A stretch of DNA of 63,416 nucleotides, the filler included, from Octopus bimaculoides (lineage: Eukaryota), in NCBI RefSeq assembly GCF_001194135.2. It is 6 parts of 5 records of this genome, joined end to end, with 100 filler letters (N's around TTAATTAATTAA, not from the genome) between each part and the next. Parts side by side here need not be neighbours in the genome. Positions count along the whole stretch, not along the records: positions 19,321 to 30,669 come from NW_026432832.1; positions 30,770 to 61,498 come from NC_068989.1; 4 more parts are not named here. One strand, 5' to 3'. The translations under genes were made by a program, and so were the position numbers. The first letter of the stretch is position 1. Each line of letters begins with the position of its first letter. Under the pieces are notes generated by a model. The model worked only from the letters and a program-made list of their open reading frames with translations, was not told the origin of the DNA and did no database searches. Below are positions 25,675-38,534 of the stretch, piece by piece.

Positions 25675-26935
25675 CAGGGTACAATGGGTAAATTGTCACC
25701 ATTTTATATTTTTAATTTTGCCCATGCACATTGTTTGTTTTGGATTTTGACTACACAGTATAGTAGGGTCCATTGGGTACCATCTGTGAGAACAGCAGCA
25801 CCATGACACAATTCACTCTGCCACAAATTTGGAAACGACATTCTGTACTGCTTGGCATTCGCACAGGAAGCTCCAATACGAACATTTCAGAGTGTTCAGG
25901 TGTCAATCTGAGGACAGTGTAAAGGATTTGGAAAGAGTTGGATGAGCCTAATGGTAATTACAAAGGTATGGCAGCTCGGAAAACTCACTCTGATTGTTCT
26001 GATAAGAACTCCTGAATTTGCTGGTGAAATCCAGGTCATGACTGACAACAATCCCTCAAAGTCAATCAGGTCCATGGGAGTGTTTGAGTTTCTTATCAGG
26101 CAGGTAGTATATGAAGACCATTGGTATTCCTCATACAAGATGAGAAAGGGCCAATTTTTATTCCAAGCCATCAAAGACAAGAGGAAAGACCGCGCTACAA
26201 AGCTTTTGAAAAAAACTCAAGCATTCCCTCCAACCAAACGTGCTTTGGCTCTTCTCAGATGAGAAACATTTCTGCCAGGATCAGATGGTAAAACACAACC
26301 GTTGGCTTGCCATATCCCCAAAACATGTACCAAGAGTGATAAAAATCAAAACATCCAATCAACATCATGGTGTTTGGAGTGATCACTACTAATGGCAACA
26401 TTATGCCTCCATTCATCTTCCCACATGGCCTCAGACTCAATACGGAGGCCTACATCAAGTGCCTGGAGGAGGTAGTGCAGCCCTGGGTCAAGAGGGTGGC
26501 TGCTGGAAGACTAAGTCTGGCAACAAGATTCTGCACCATGCCACACAAGCAAGAGAACCCAGTCATGGCTGCCAGACAATTTTTGCAACCACTTCATCCC
26601 TACCATCTGGCCACCTTACTCCTCAGACTGCAAACCCCTTGATTATTATGTATGGAGTGCAGCTGAGCAAGAGACCAACAAAACTTCTTGTAACACCAAA
26701 GATGAACTGAAGGCAAAGATTATTGCAGCATTCACTAACTTAAACAAGGAAAATGTCCGGAAGAATGCAGGACATTCCAAAGTCGTCTGGAGGCCATGGT
26801 TGAAGCCAATGGCAATTTATTGAATAAATTTACTCTTTAGTATTTCAAGATACTTTTATGTAACTTTGGTATATGTTAAAAAGAGATGTCACTGTTATTT
26901 TTGCATAATTTAGACAATTTATTCACTGCATCCTG
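25675..26935 (+). mobile_element. Near-full-length degenerate Tc1/mariner, maT/DD37D-like
   Basis: Imperfect TIRs CAGGGTACAATGGGTAAATTGTC / GACAATTTATTCACTGCATCCTG plus TA. Frameshifted transposase motifs: RTPEF, SDEKHF, MVFGVI..GNIMPPFIFPHGLRLN, QQDSAPCH, WPPYSSDCxPLDYYVW. Confidence 0.9.
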
Positions 26936-27229
26936 TATGTGTGTGTGTGTATATATATATATACATATATATTTATTAAATATATATTATGTTTATATTT
27001 TCATCATTTGACATAAATGTTCCATGTCATGGGTTGGACAATTTAACAAGATATAGTAGGTCAAAGGACTGCATTATGCTCCAATGCGGTAGCACACCTG
27101 TCTTTGTCTTCATTCCTGATTTTTCTCTCTGGCTAGGTAACCTTGTACTTCCTTTTCAGCAAGACTCCTATATCTGTCTCATTTATAACCTTTTAATTAT
27201 CACTTCCTCCAATGCCCCCTCCCCTCTGA

Positions 27230-27535
27230 AAAGTATTTGTCTTGCAAGTACTTGGTGACCCTGTCTGTGCAGGTGCCAATTAAAAGCACCCAGTCCATAC
27301 TGTAAAGTGGTTGGTGTTCAGACGGGCATCCAGCTGTAAAAACCTTGCCTGTGCTTGTGCCACATAAAAAGCACTAAGTCAACTCTGCTGAGTGGTTGGT
27401 GTTAGGAAGGGCATCCAGCAGTAAAAATCCTGCCAAAACAGTCACAGAAGTCCGTTCCAGGCTTCAGCTTGGCTGGTTCTTGTATTGTCCCCCATGCTAG
27501 CATGGAACATGGATGTTAAATGATGATAATGTCCA
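27230..27535 (+). mobile_element. RTE-tail-related SINE or LINE 3' end
   Basis: Twice ggttggtgtt..gggcatccagc.gtaaaaa; ends gatgttaaatgatgataatg. Confidence 0.6.
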
Positions 27536-28028
27536 GTTTGGTGAGGTTTAGAAGTCCTTCCTAACACTGATCACTTTCCAGTGTGTACTCAGTGTTTTTG
27601 GGGGTTTTTTTGTGCCACCAGCACTCATGAGGTTGTCATGTAGCTTGCAAAAGTACAAACTTTGAGGAAGATGGGCTGGGGCTTTATGATAGAAGATGAG
27701 AGATAAAAGAGTGAGAGAAGAGGAAAGAGTAGAACAAGCTTCTTGCTATTGAGGAGCTACATAACTGCTCACATTTTAGAAGAAAAGGTCATGTACATAT
27801 ATACTTTATAAAATCTTATGTAAACACAGTCCTGTCTATCACTCCCCATATTTCTATCACTTAGCTTATGTAAGCAAAACAAATTAAATTACGACACTAA
27901 AAACTCTCAATGTCTCAAATGTATTAAAACTGAAAAATGTTTTAAAGAAGGTCCTGAGACCTACAAACAATATCTCAATGGCCCACTACTGCACTGCAGC
28001 CCATCTGCTGATAACTTATGCTTCAGAA

Positions 28029-28331
28029 AAGTGGTTCTCAACTGGGGTCTATATAAGATTTCGGAGGCCCACACAAGCAAAATAGTAAACCAAGGATCTA
28101 CAGTAGCATTTTATGGGTCCATGAAAAAATTTGCTTTAGATGTATTTATTCCAAAGAAATAGCTAGTTTTCTTTCACTAACATTTTACATAGTTCAACCT
28201 ACACAAGTTAACATGTGAAAATCAAAGTATCTATAAAACTAAGTTTTTAAACATCGAATGACTTTGGGGGTCAACCAGAGTAATATAGTAATGAAAGGGG
28301 TCCATAGGTGAAAAATAGATGAGAACCACTG
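28029..28331. mobile_element. hAT/Charlie-type MITE
   Basis: TIRs AGTGGTTCTCAAC...GATGAGAACCACTG. Confidence 0.7.
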
Positions 28332-28922
28332 CCTTAGAATGTTCAATGGAATACAATGCAATAGTTATTCTCTCAGTAGTGAGATAAAATCCCATTGAGG
28401 TCAACTTTGGCCCATCACTCCCAAAGGGTTCAGAAAGTACAAGTCCAGTGCTGAGATCATTGTCTCTCTCTGGATTGTACTTTAATTCAGCAGTGCAGCC
28501 TTGTCGCATGCTGATACAGCCTGAGAACTGTATTAAGACTATATGTGTGTGTGTGTGGAACTCAGCCACTTACATGCTAATTTCTCAAGTTGGGATCCAG
28601 TTGGTCAAATAGCTGTACCTCATCACTAAGACTGCAGACCCTAACATTGGCAGTATTATAGGTATAGAAATAATGGTTTCTACCATAAATAATGGGGAAA
28701 GAGACGGTTATCAACACTAGAACTATGAAATGATGAAACTGATCGCAAAGGTATTTGAACTTAGAAATCATGACACAAAGGATAATGGCTGATTTATTTA
28801 GTAACAGAAGTTCAAACATTGATGCTGATTAGCTCCAGGTTATCCTACAATTAAACCAATGATAAAATCTTTGCCATGAATGACCAATCTCACAGACTAT
28901 CCAATATATCTGGCCTATATAA

Positions 28923-29140
28923 CCTTCCAGCATTCACATTATTCTGTCAAAAGTAATGCTCATTTATTCGTATTGTTTTCAATTAATCATGCATTATCTA
29001 GTATCTATGAGATTTTGATGAAGTAACAGTTAATTTTTTTTAGAATGACATTGTAAGTGTGAGAAACCAGATCTGGCCTGTTTGAATATAAAACAGGTAG
29101 AATATTTTGGTCAGATATGGCTGGTTTAAATGCTAAATGG
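28923..29140. mobile_element. piggyBac-type MITE, second copy
   Basis: Homologous to 25394-25587; ends AATGCTAAATGG followed by TTAA. Confidence 0.65.
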
Positions 29141-30014
29141 TTAAAGATGTTGGGTTGTGATTTAAGAGATTTTGTTATTTCTAGCCACTTTATAGAAGCT
29201 CCCTCATTGGCAACCCACTCATAGATAATCACTAATAAAACAAATGACCACTGGTGGTTGTATTGAAGGAAACATTTACAGAATTGTTGCTCTCTGTTCC
29301 AAGTTCAAAAAAACAGCATCATGCAAGTCAATTCAAACCACCAATTTAAAAAAGGAAATTAATAATTTGTTATATATCCAAGCACAACACTATTTATTGA
29401 ATTTTCAGGGAATGTAAGGAAAAACAAAAATGAAAAACAACATGAAATCAAATAAAAATCATTCATTTTCAAAAACTTTTCTTCTGCAAAGATTATAAGT
29501 CTTGAAAGATAGAAAATTGGATTGGACATTGGCGAAAAACAATAAAGGCAGGGGAGACAGTCTCAGAGATAAAATTTATATAAGATTTTATCTATTGGGA
29601 CAAGTTATTTTATAAAACAAGACTGAACAGTTTTCAAAGATAAACAAAATTTATCTTTTCAAGTGAACTGATAAAGGCAAGTTATTAGGAAGGGAGACTA
29701 ACAATTGCTACAATACCAACTATGATAGCTGTGTGTTTTTATTTAATGTATAGGACTACAAAGTTATGTATTCATATCTTACTAGACTAGCCATTAGGTT
29801 GTGTATCTGCACCTAGTTCTTTTTGTTCAGCTTCCTCTCATACAATAAAACAGGTCCTACACTCAATGACAGGAAGGAAGAACGTTCAAGCATAAAAAGC
29901 AAGTAACCATACCATTCATTCAAACAAGGATGTGTTAACATAAATAACAAAACATTCTTTTAAATGCAAACCCTTCTTCCTGAAGCTAGAACTAAATCTT
30001 TCCAGAATGGTTAC

Positions 30015-30140
30015 CTTCAAAAAGGGACAACGGTTGGGGTACGTTTATTCAATGTGCCGACTATTTAAGAAACTTCAACTAAACAGGTGATGTGAAAAGG
30101 AATTCACTGTGTGGGGTTATAAAGAGTTTTCAACACCAGT
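30015..30140 (-). other. Candidate stop-containing cassette exon in cyclin T intron 1
   Basis: gtgttttttccag|ACTGG...TTGAAG|gtaacc; 126 nt; stops in all three frames; not part of a repeat I recognise. Confidence 0.4.
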
Positions 30141-30431
30141 CTGGAAAAAACACTGGGGAATATTATACTACTACATTCTGAACATAATAAATATTATGTA
30201 TGAACAGGAATAATGGTGGGTGATTATAGTATTGGAGTGTTAAAATGAAATACATTTAATGACAATAAAATGGCAAGAGGGTGTGCAGGAAAGGATATTA
30301 ACCATTCCAACAATAACTAGAATGGAAATATGAATAGTAAGAGAGAAATATATTGCATTAATGTAAAGGACAATGCTCTAAACATTTTTGAAACTGAGGT
30401 AGGTCTGTATTTGGTATCTAAAATTACATAC

Positions 30432-30459
30432 CCATATACTCAACAGTTTCAGTCTTGTC
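30432..30459 (-). other. Candidate 28-nt frameshifting microexon in cyclin T intron 1
   Basis: gatttccattccag|GACAAGACTGAAACTGTTGAGTATATGG|gtatgt. Confidence 0.3.
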
Positions 30460-30769
30460 CTGGAATGGAAATCAAAATTTCTAAGACCACACTGCATTAG
30501 CAAACTGTTTTAAAGTATTTACAGTTTAATCTTAATATTGAAAAATAGTCTGTTCACAACTACAATCAAGGCCAGAATTATGCGAAAAATATGCTTCTAA
30601 AGTACATGCATATTTTATTTATATATATACATATATATACATACATACATATATATACAGACATATATANNNNNNNNNNNNNNNNNNNNNNNNNNNNNNN
30701 NNNNNNNNNNNNNTTAATTAATTAANNNNNNNNNNNNNNNNNNNNNNNNNNNNNNNNNNNNNNNNNNNN

Positions 30770-30804
<35 letters not shown>

Positions 30805-31171
30805 TACATATATATACACACACACACACCCATATATATACCTATACATATATGCATATACGTGTAGCCATGCATATAGACATATATATACACACGCGCG
30901 CTCATACGTGTATATATATATATATATATATATATTCATTATTATTTTTAGCGACAGAAGCTGCATTAATACAAAAAGGTAATCTTTATGTCCAACTTAA
31001 CATGAATATATTTTTAGAGCACTGAGTACTGCGTTATTAGCTTTGAGGGGTCCTTTCATATAGGGGCTTGGTACATACAAGCACACACATAGAACATAGC
31101 AGACGAAATTCGAGTTTCATGTGCATCGGAATTCCCATATCACGTAATTTCGGTCTACTGGACCTTATCAG

Positions 31172-31214
<43 letters not shown>

Positions 31215-31354
31215 NNNNNNNNNNNNNNNNNNNNNNNNNNNNNNNNNNNNNNNNNNNNNNNNNNNNNNNNNNNNNNNNNNNNNNNNNNNNNNNNNNNNNN
31301 NNNNNNNNNNNNNNNNNNNNNNNNNNNNNNNNNNNNNNNNNNNNNNNNNNNNNN

Positions 31355-31428
<74 letters not shown>

Positions 31429-31537
31429 ACGGTTGCCTTGCAAGCACAGGATAGCAAGCATTACTGTAATAGACAATAATCTGCATGCAGCTCGATTGTG
31501 TTAATATGTGATTTATCTAATGATCTTTTATTCTCAG

Positions 31538-31767
31538 TTTCCCAACGTTTCGTCCTGTGATGTCAATGGAAACTTGAATATCCTAGAGGTGGAGCTTCTA
31601 TATGTGTCTTTTGACAGAAGGAGCATGACGATAGATGTTTTCTTGAACCCGTATATGCGCTTGCCCAATGATACTTCTCATATCGGATTCGTTACATTTA
31701 CTACATGTGATTTTACACATAACTTAAGACATATTGTTTCGTCGTTGATCGGGCAATTGGGCAACAT
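31538..31767 (+). CDS. Candidate 230-nt exon of unidentified gene (FPNVSSCDVNGNLNILEVELLYVSFDRRSMTIDVFLNPY...LIGQLGN)
   Basis: tttattctcag|, 76 stop-free codons, then AT|gtacgt. Confidence 0.4.
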
Positions 31768-34199
31768 GTACGTAATTTTGTGTTTGTGTGCATCGAGACA
31801 GATAAAGAGATGGAGCTGGTAAATGGGGCATCACAAATATCTGTTAAGAGATAAATTCCAAATAGTTTTTCCTATATGATCTCACAGTTGCAAATGCCCC
31901 GTTTCATCTTCCCACATGACATGAATATTTCAATATATCCTCGCCTAAAATATTGCTACCTTCTAGATTGCATCATTACCAAAAGGAATGTTAACCGTGA
32001 TGCCTTGATCAGAAAATATAAGACTGGTGCTGATTTTTGGTTCAAAACGTATGGTCATTTTCAAACTTAAAACAGTAATTATATCCAAAACGTCATCCGA
32101 CAATAAGCAAGTCTATTAAAATATTGATTGTTTAAAAGCTATAAAAATTTTCACATTAAAAAAATCGAATCCCTCTTGAAGCAACTTCATGAAATATTTA
32201 ATATGTTAAATTTGAATAAAAATCTAGCGTTGATAACAGATGGACTTTATTACGAGTTATATATCGACTTTCAATTCACTGTATAGAAAATATACTCAAA
32301 ATTCGTGAGTGATTTTTTATGAAAAAGATCAGGAGATAAACGTTGTTTTAAGCAAAGAGAATGAACTGTTCGCAATACAATAAAATTATCTGCCATCAAC
32401 ATCGAAGAAAGAGGTCTTGAAATACAATACATCGTCTAGTCCAGTTTTGATTACGTGTGAGATTTTTCCGAATTATCCGAAGAAATCAAAGAATATAATG
32501 ACAGATATCTCGACCTTATAGAAGTGTGTGACTCTTAGACCTCTTGGAGTTTTTTTTACCTTTATTAAATGTTTATTACGAGAAATCCTTATATGAAATG
32601 TCTGGCTTTTGAGTCCTCTTGATAAACACATCGAATTGGTCTTAATAGTCTGTCAAAAATAATTTATAGGCTACTGCATGTGAATATCGATAAAGATCTA
32701 AATGATTAGTTCAATTCCATATCAGTCATCAATAAGATCAAAGTCTCTATATTAAATAATGAAACAAATATTGAAAAATAAAGCAAAGTAAGCAATATTA
32801 AATGATAAAGCTGGCAGAATCGTTAACATTCCGGGAAAAATGCTTAGCGGCATTTCATCCGTCTTTAAGTTGTAGGCTCAACTGCCGCCGGGATTGATAA
32901 AATAAGTACAAGTTTACCAATGATGTCAATGTTATCGATTTACGTCCTCCCCAAAACTGCTGACCCTGTGCCACAACTTGAAATCACTATTTAATATTGA
33001 TTTCAAATTTTGGCACAAGACCATCAGTTTCGGAGAAGGGGCAATTCGATGTAATGAAGCCCTTGTGGCACTTATTTTATTGAACCCGAAAGAATAGATG
33101 GTAAAGTCGATCTCGGTAGAATTTGAGCTCAGAACACGTAAACGGAATAAACGCCACTATGCATTTTGCCTAGCGTGCTAACGGTTCTGGCAGCTCGCAG
33201 CCTTAAACCAATATAAATAATAAAACCGCAAGTTCGAATGTTACATAAAATTATAATGGCTGGGCGAAGGGAGTGTATGGTGTTCGACAGAGCTGTCGCT
33301 TAACCCTGGTATTGTTAAATATCTCGTTCAACTTAATGGTTATTTTTATTCATTCGCAAATTTTATTTAAATCAACTACAGAACAGATCATAAAATTTAC
33401 AGCAACACAAGACTACAAACTATCACTAATTTACTAAATTTACTAAAATTTGCAAATCCTTTTCAGTTCTACTTACGAGATACTTTTTATGAAATAGTCG
33501 ACATTTGCAAAGAGTATCGTTTTTCTAAATTTCTTTCAAGCATTTGTCTAAAGGGACAGGTTGTCTTCATAGCTCTCTCAGACAGTTCATGACCGGTGAG
33601 ATTAACAGTTAATGATATTATTGAACAGTTAGAAATCGACAGTTACATGAAAAACATGTGAATCCAGTCGGATATACTAACAGAACTATAAGCTATTCGC
33701 TTTACTATAAATGTCTGTTTCTCCATCGATACACAAAGATGCGCGTAATGTACAAATAGCTGAGTACTTCGCAGACACGCATACACTTCTAGGGAGATTC
33801 ATCGTGACAGAATGGGACAAGGTTGGCCCTTTGAAATACAGGTACTACTCATTTTTGCCAGTTGAGTGGACTGGAGCAATGCGCCGCCGGGAATGGAACT
33901 CACGACCTTACGTTCGTGAGCTGAATACACACAACCACTATGCTACTATGTATGTATATAATACGAAGGAAGAGGATCCGCAAATCCAAGTAGATACTTT
34001 GTAGGCACTCTGCAGTTATGCAAACTTGGCTAACTTTATTGATCAATCGGAGTTCATTAAATCCAAAAGGAATTTACATTCGCGTTGGTACTCCATATCC
34101 GATTAGTAATTCTGCAGTTCGCTTAGAAGAATTTCGAAAAATCTTCCCAAATACATTAAAAAGACAGTTAACTAGAATTAAGTTACTCCGCCTCGACCA

Positions 34200-34760
34200 A
34201 CTATACTGATGCCGTTTATGTTTCTCTTGAACCTTTGTAATTCAACAGTTGCAGGAAAGATATGAACAGGGAGAGAAGTTATGTTGGCTAATGTTCTAAT
34301 GTTCTGGTAAAGAAAGAAAAGGGTATTGTGAGCAGTGTGGAACATGGTCAGTTGAAGACAGAAAATGTGTGGGAGTACGAAGCGATGCAAATGTCAGAAC
34401 GGAGGAAGCATAAGCTCACACAACTCGAAGGAGGAGAGGCTGTCATAGAGCCAGAAAGAAAGTGTTTGAGAATGGAGGCTGCTTGTCTGAGGGCCAGAGG
34501 CTAGATAGCATCTGTGGGTGATTTGATGCCAATCAATCAAGACAGTCCTTTTTTTGAATATGGTCAACAATGCCGTTTATACAACCTCGGAATCAAATTG
34601 TGCAAGACAATATTGTGTACCTGAGCTGTGAAGAGTACCAGTAATAGTAGGGGGTTAAAGTGTATAGTATATTTTGGTCTCTAAGACGAAACAAGTTATT
34701 GGGATGCGATCCCATCGACATTATGAATATGCTTTTAAAGCTATGAGGAATCCTTGATTA
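34200..34760 (-). mobile_element. CR1/Jockey-like LINE 3' end
   Basis: TSLPVHIFPATVELQRFKRNIN is typical of the WNSLP..VFP...LQ.FK terminus. Confidence 0.75.
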
Positions 34761-36412
34761 AAGTAAAACTCAACAATTAAAGCTGCGAACGTACAAAACC
34801 ATAAATGTAAATAATTGGTTTAATTCGGAATACCACATGCCTAATTAGATTTACTCCTAGAGTGCGTCAGCTTATGCAGGGCTAGCTTAAAAACCGCACT
34901 CCGTGCGGACTGTTACGCTACTTCCTGCAGACAGTTAATTTGGCCTGCAACCCAAAACTAAAGAGTTAAATAGCATAACTATAACACGTCTATAATGACT
35001 GTATACCCCGGTGGTGTTTGATCAGAGGTTAAGGACGTTTGGGAATTAATTCTGGAATGCAATCATTTTATTGTTCCAGTCCCAAGTTCAATTCCGACTG
35101 TTGGCCAATTTGTAACAAAGTTCTTATCTCAACGTAAAAGTAAAGAATTAATGTCATTTAACTTTTCCTTGATCTCTGATGTCATCTGACAAATGCCAAA
35201 GAAGATGATTAGCCAAGCTTTACCTGCTAGAAATAGCAATCCAATTGCTTTTAAATCAGATCCCAATGTTGGATGTTCAAGAACCAAATGAAGGACAAAT
35301 TTTCGAACAGGATATCATAACTGAAATTGCTGGTGCCAACAAATCAAATGGTTATTTTTAAATAAATTTATTGACATACAAATAAAAACAAAAAATTATG
35401 GTAACGATCAGGTGGAGCCTGATAAGTAGTTATCCAGATATTCCAAGAATGTATCCTGGAAGTTGGAAACTAGAAATCTAACATATTACTCAATGTAAAA
35501 ACAAGTTGAGAACGTTACAGTGTAATATATGTAGGATAACCGAATCAAGAAGATTATTGTTCAAGCACGTGCTTTGCTGGCGAAGGTTCGAATTAGGTTT
35601 TCACTGCGGTGAATTGATCTCCCAACACACATATATGGGTTCCACTAACTAATGCATATTTTCTATTAATATATGTGTATGTATATGCATACATGCATAT
35701 ACAGATTGCATAGACATGTATATTACACGTATATTAGATAAATAGAAAAACAGATAGATCAATATACAGAGAAATATATGTTACTAGACATTGAATCATA
35801 ACTCGGCTTATGTTCATTTTCTTTATGCAAATTGACCTGACTATAAATGCGTTCTATCTGTCTCTCTACCCCCCCCCCNNNNNNNNNNNNNNNNNNNNNN
35901 NNNNNNNNNNNNNNNNNNNNNNNNNNNNNNNNNNNNNNNNNNNNNNNNNNNNNNNNNNNNNNNNNNNNNNNNNNNNNNNNNNNNNNNNNNNNNNNNNNNN
36001 NNNNNNNNNNNNNNNNNNNNNNNNNNNNNNNNNNNNNNNNNNNNNNNNNNNNNNNNNNNNNNNNNNNNNNNNNNNNNNNNNNNNNNNNNNNNNNNNNNNN
36101 NNNNNNNNNNNNNNNNNNNNNNNNNNNNNNNNNNNNNNNNNNNNNNNNNNNNNNNNNNNNNNNNNNNNNNNNNNNNNNNNNNNNNNNNNNNNNNNNNNNN
36201 NNNNNNNNNNNNNNNNNNNNNNNNNNNNNNNNNNNNNNNNNNNNNNNNNNNNNNNNNNNNNNNNNNNNNNNNNNNNNNNNNNNNNNNNNNNNNNNNNNNN
36301 NNNNNNNNNNNNNNNNNNNNNNNNNNNNNNNNNNNNNNNNNNNNNNNNNNNNNNNNNNNNNNNNNNNNNNNNNNNNNNNNNNNNNNNNNNNNNNNNNNNN
36401 NNNNNNNNNNNN

Positions 36413-36685
36413 CCTTCAGACTACCATTTGTTTCGTAGTTTACAGAATCATTTGCGGAACAAAACTTTTGCAAGCCAGGAGGAGGTCGAAACTGACATTT
36501 CAGAGTTCTTCGCTTTGAAACCAAAAGTTTTATATTGATGGGATTAAAAAGCTTGTAAATAGATGGAAGGAAGTCATAGATAATCAGGGAAATTACATTG
36601 ATGATTAAATTTCAATTAAATATAACATTTGATCACTTGTGTTTTTTATTCAAAATTCGGACAGAACTTATGGGATGTCCTGATA
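36413..36685 (+). mobile_element. DD34D mariner 3' end
   Basis: PSDYHLFRSLQNHL..KTF...EEVE..I.EFF motif; terminus acttatgggatgtcctga followed by TA. Confidence 0.9.
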
Positions 36686-36692
36686 CTTACAA

Positions 36693-37067
36693 GCTGAGCA
36701 AAAGATGTACGTACGCCGCTATATGTATATATAAATCTCAGAAATGGAACAAGAACATAACGATCGGCAATGAAAACATACCGACAGATGGACGATACAA
36801 AGACGGACAGGAAAACCAGAACAGAACATTCGTGGGGGGGGGGGGGTCTACCAATTTTGAAGAGTTCCGTGTGTAACAGGCCGAAACGGAAATGATGATT
36901 TGAAGCTTGACTGATGAACAGAAAGCTACGAATGTTCCGTCCTGGTTTTCTTGTCCATATTTGCATCGTCCACCTATCCCTATGTTTATATTGTTATCTG
37001 TTACGTTCTTGTTCCGTTTTTGGGATTTATATGTACATATAGCGGCGTACGTACAGCTTTTGCTCGG

Positions 37068-37068
<1 letters not shown>
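36693..37068. repeat. Inverted repeat, about 140-nt arms and 95-nt spacer (MITE-like)
   Basis: 36693-36833 versus 36928-37068. Confidence 0.85.
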
Positions 37069-37105
<37 letters not shown>

Positions 37106-37643
37106 NNNNNNNNNNNNNNNNNNNNNNNNNNNNNNNNNNNNNNNNNNNNNNNNNNNNNNNNNNNNNNNNNNNNNNNNNNNNNNNNNNNNNNNNNNNNNNN
37201 NNNNNNNNNNNNNNNNNNNNNNNNNNNNNNNNNNNNNNNNNNNNNNNNNNNNNNNNNNNNNNNNNNNNNNNNNNNNNNNNNNNNNNNNNNNNNNNNNNNN
37301 NNNNNNNNNNNNNNNNNNNNNNNNNNNNNNNNNNNNNNNNNNNNNNNNNNNNNNNNNNNNNNNNNNNNNNNNNNNNNNNNNNNNNNNNNNNNNNNNNNNN
37401 NNNNNNNNNNNNNNNNNNNNNNNNNNNNNNNNNNNNNNNNNNNNNNNNNNNNNNNNNNNNNNNNNNNNNNNNNNNNNNNNNNNNNNNNNNNNNNNNNNNN
37501 NNNNNNNNNNNNNNNNNNNNNNNNNNNNNNNNNNNNNNNNNNNNNNNNNNNNNNNNNNNNNNNNNNNNNNNNNNNNNNNNNNNNNNNNNNNNNNNNNNNN
37601 NNNNNNNNNNNNNNNNNNNNNNNNNNNNNNNNNNNNNNNNNNN

Positions 37644-37682
<39 letters not shown>

Positions 37683-37795
37683 TTGTACGTATGTATACAT
37701 ATATATATGGTTCGCTTCTATTTGTTTCTTATATGTGTTTACATATGTGTGAATGTGTCTGTTCATGTCTGTTCATGTTGTGTGTCTGTTTTCAG

Positions 37796-37823
37796 GTTGA
37801 GTATAATGCAGCCATTCATATAA
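37796..37823 (+). CDS. Possible terminal exon in phase with 31538-31767 (MLSIMQPFI*)
   Basis: tgtctgttttcag|G TTG AGT...TAA; supported by phase match only. Confidence 0.15.
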
Positions 37824-38492
37824 ATGTTATATTTATTCACTTAGACTCGTCAATATATATCGGCTTTCCATTCGAACTTTATCACATGTATCAGACTTCG
37901 TAGTTTCATATAAAGTCATGAAAACTATTGATTATCTGTTAACATTTTGATATATTAAACACCTGGCTGATATTACAAAATACATACGAGATTACACATA
38001 TACATATTGGCGTATACGTATAGAAATGGGCACACACAAACACACACACATACACACAGGTATACACGTACGCACACAGACACACACACAAATATGTAAA
38101 ACTTTTATGTTATTAAGCAATTTGCGATTGCTTTGAAACGTATTTATTACTCCATATTTGATATTTTCATATAATCATATTGAATTATCAACTTGCGTTT
38201 TGTGTAGTTTACATATCTGTATAGAGACTAACAGTTAAGCAAACGAAGAAACTTCTAATTCTATGCGATTGATTGTTTTGTTAGACATAGATGGAGGCAC
38301 GGGCACAACTCTATGGTCAAGAGACTTACTTGCCAACTCCGACATTTCAAGTTCAATCCCATTTCGAGGCATCTTTCAAAACGGTCTTTTATTTATATAC
38401 GTCTGCACTATAAACTTTGTCAGTGAATTTGCTAAACGGAAACTGTGTGGATGCTTGTCGTATATATGTATGCATATATCTATGTTTGCGTC

Positions 38493-38534
<42 letters not shown>

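Noticed and set aside
28562-28627. Box C/D snoRNA candidate (GTGATGA...CTGA, minus strand) in CycT intron 1
   Set aside because: No terminal stem and no convincing rRNA complementarity that I could identify.
30440-30462. GGACAAGACTGAAACT resembling the end of CycT exon 1 (GQRLKL)
   Set aside because: One base short, no upstream QDM motif and no valid donor; not exon 1.
36865-36925. Hammerhead-like words CGAAAC and CTGATGA
   Set aside because: Stem III and the NUH cleavage triplet cannot be formed.
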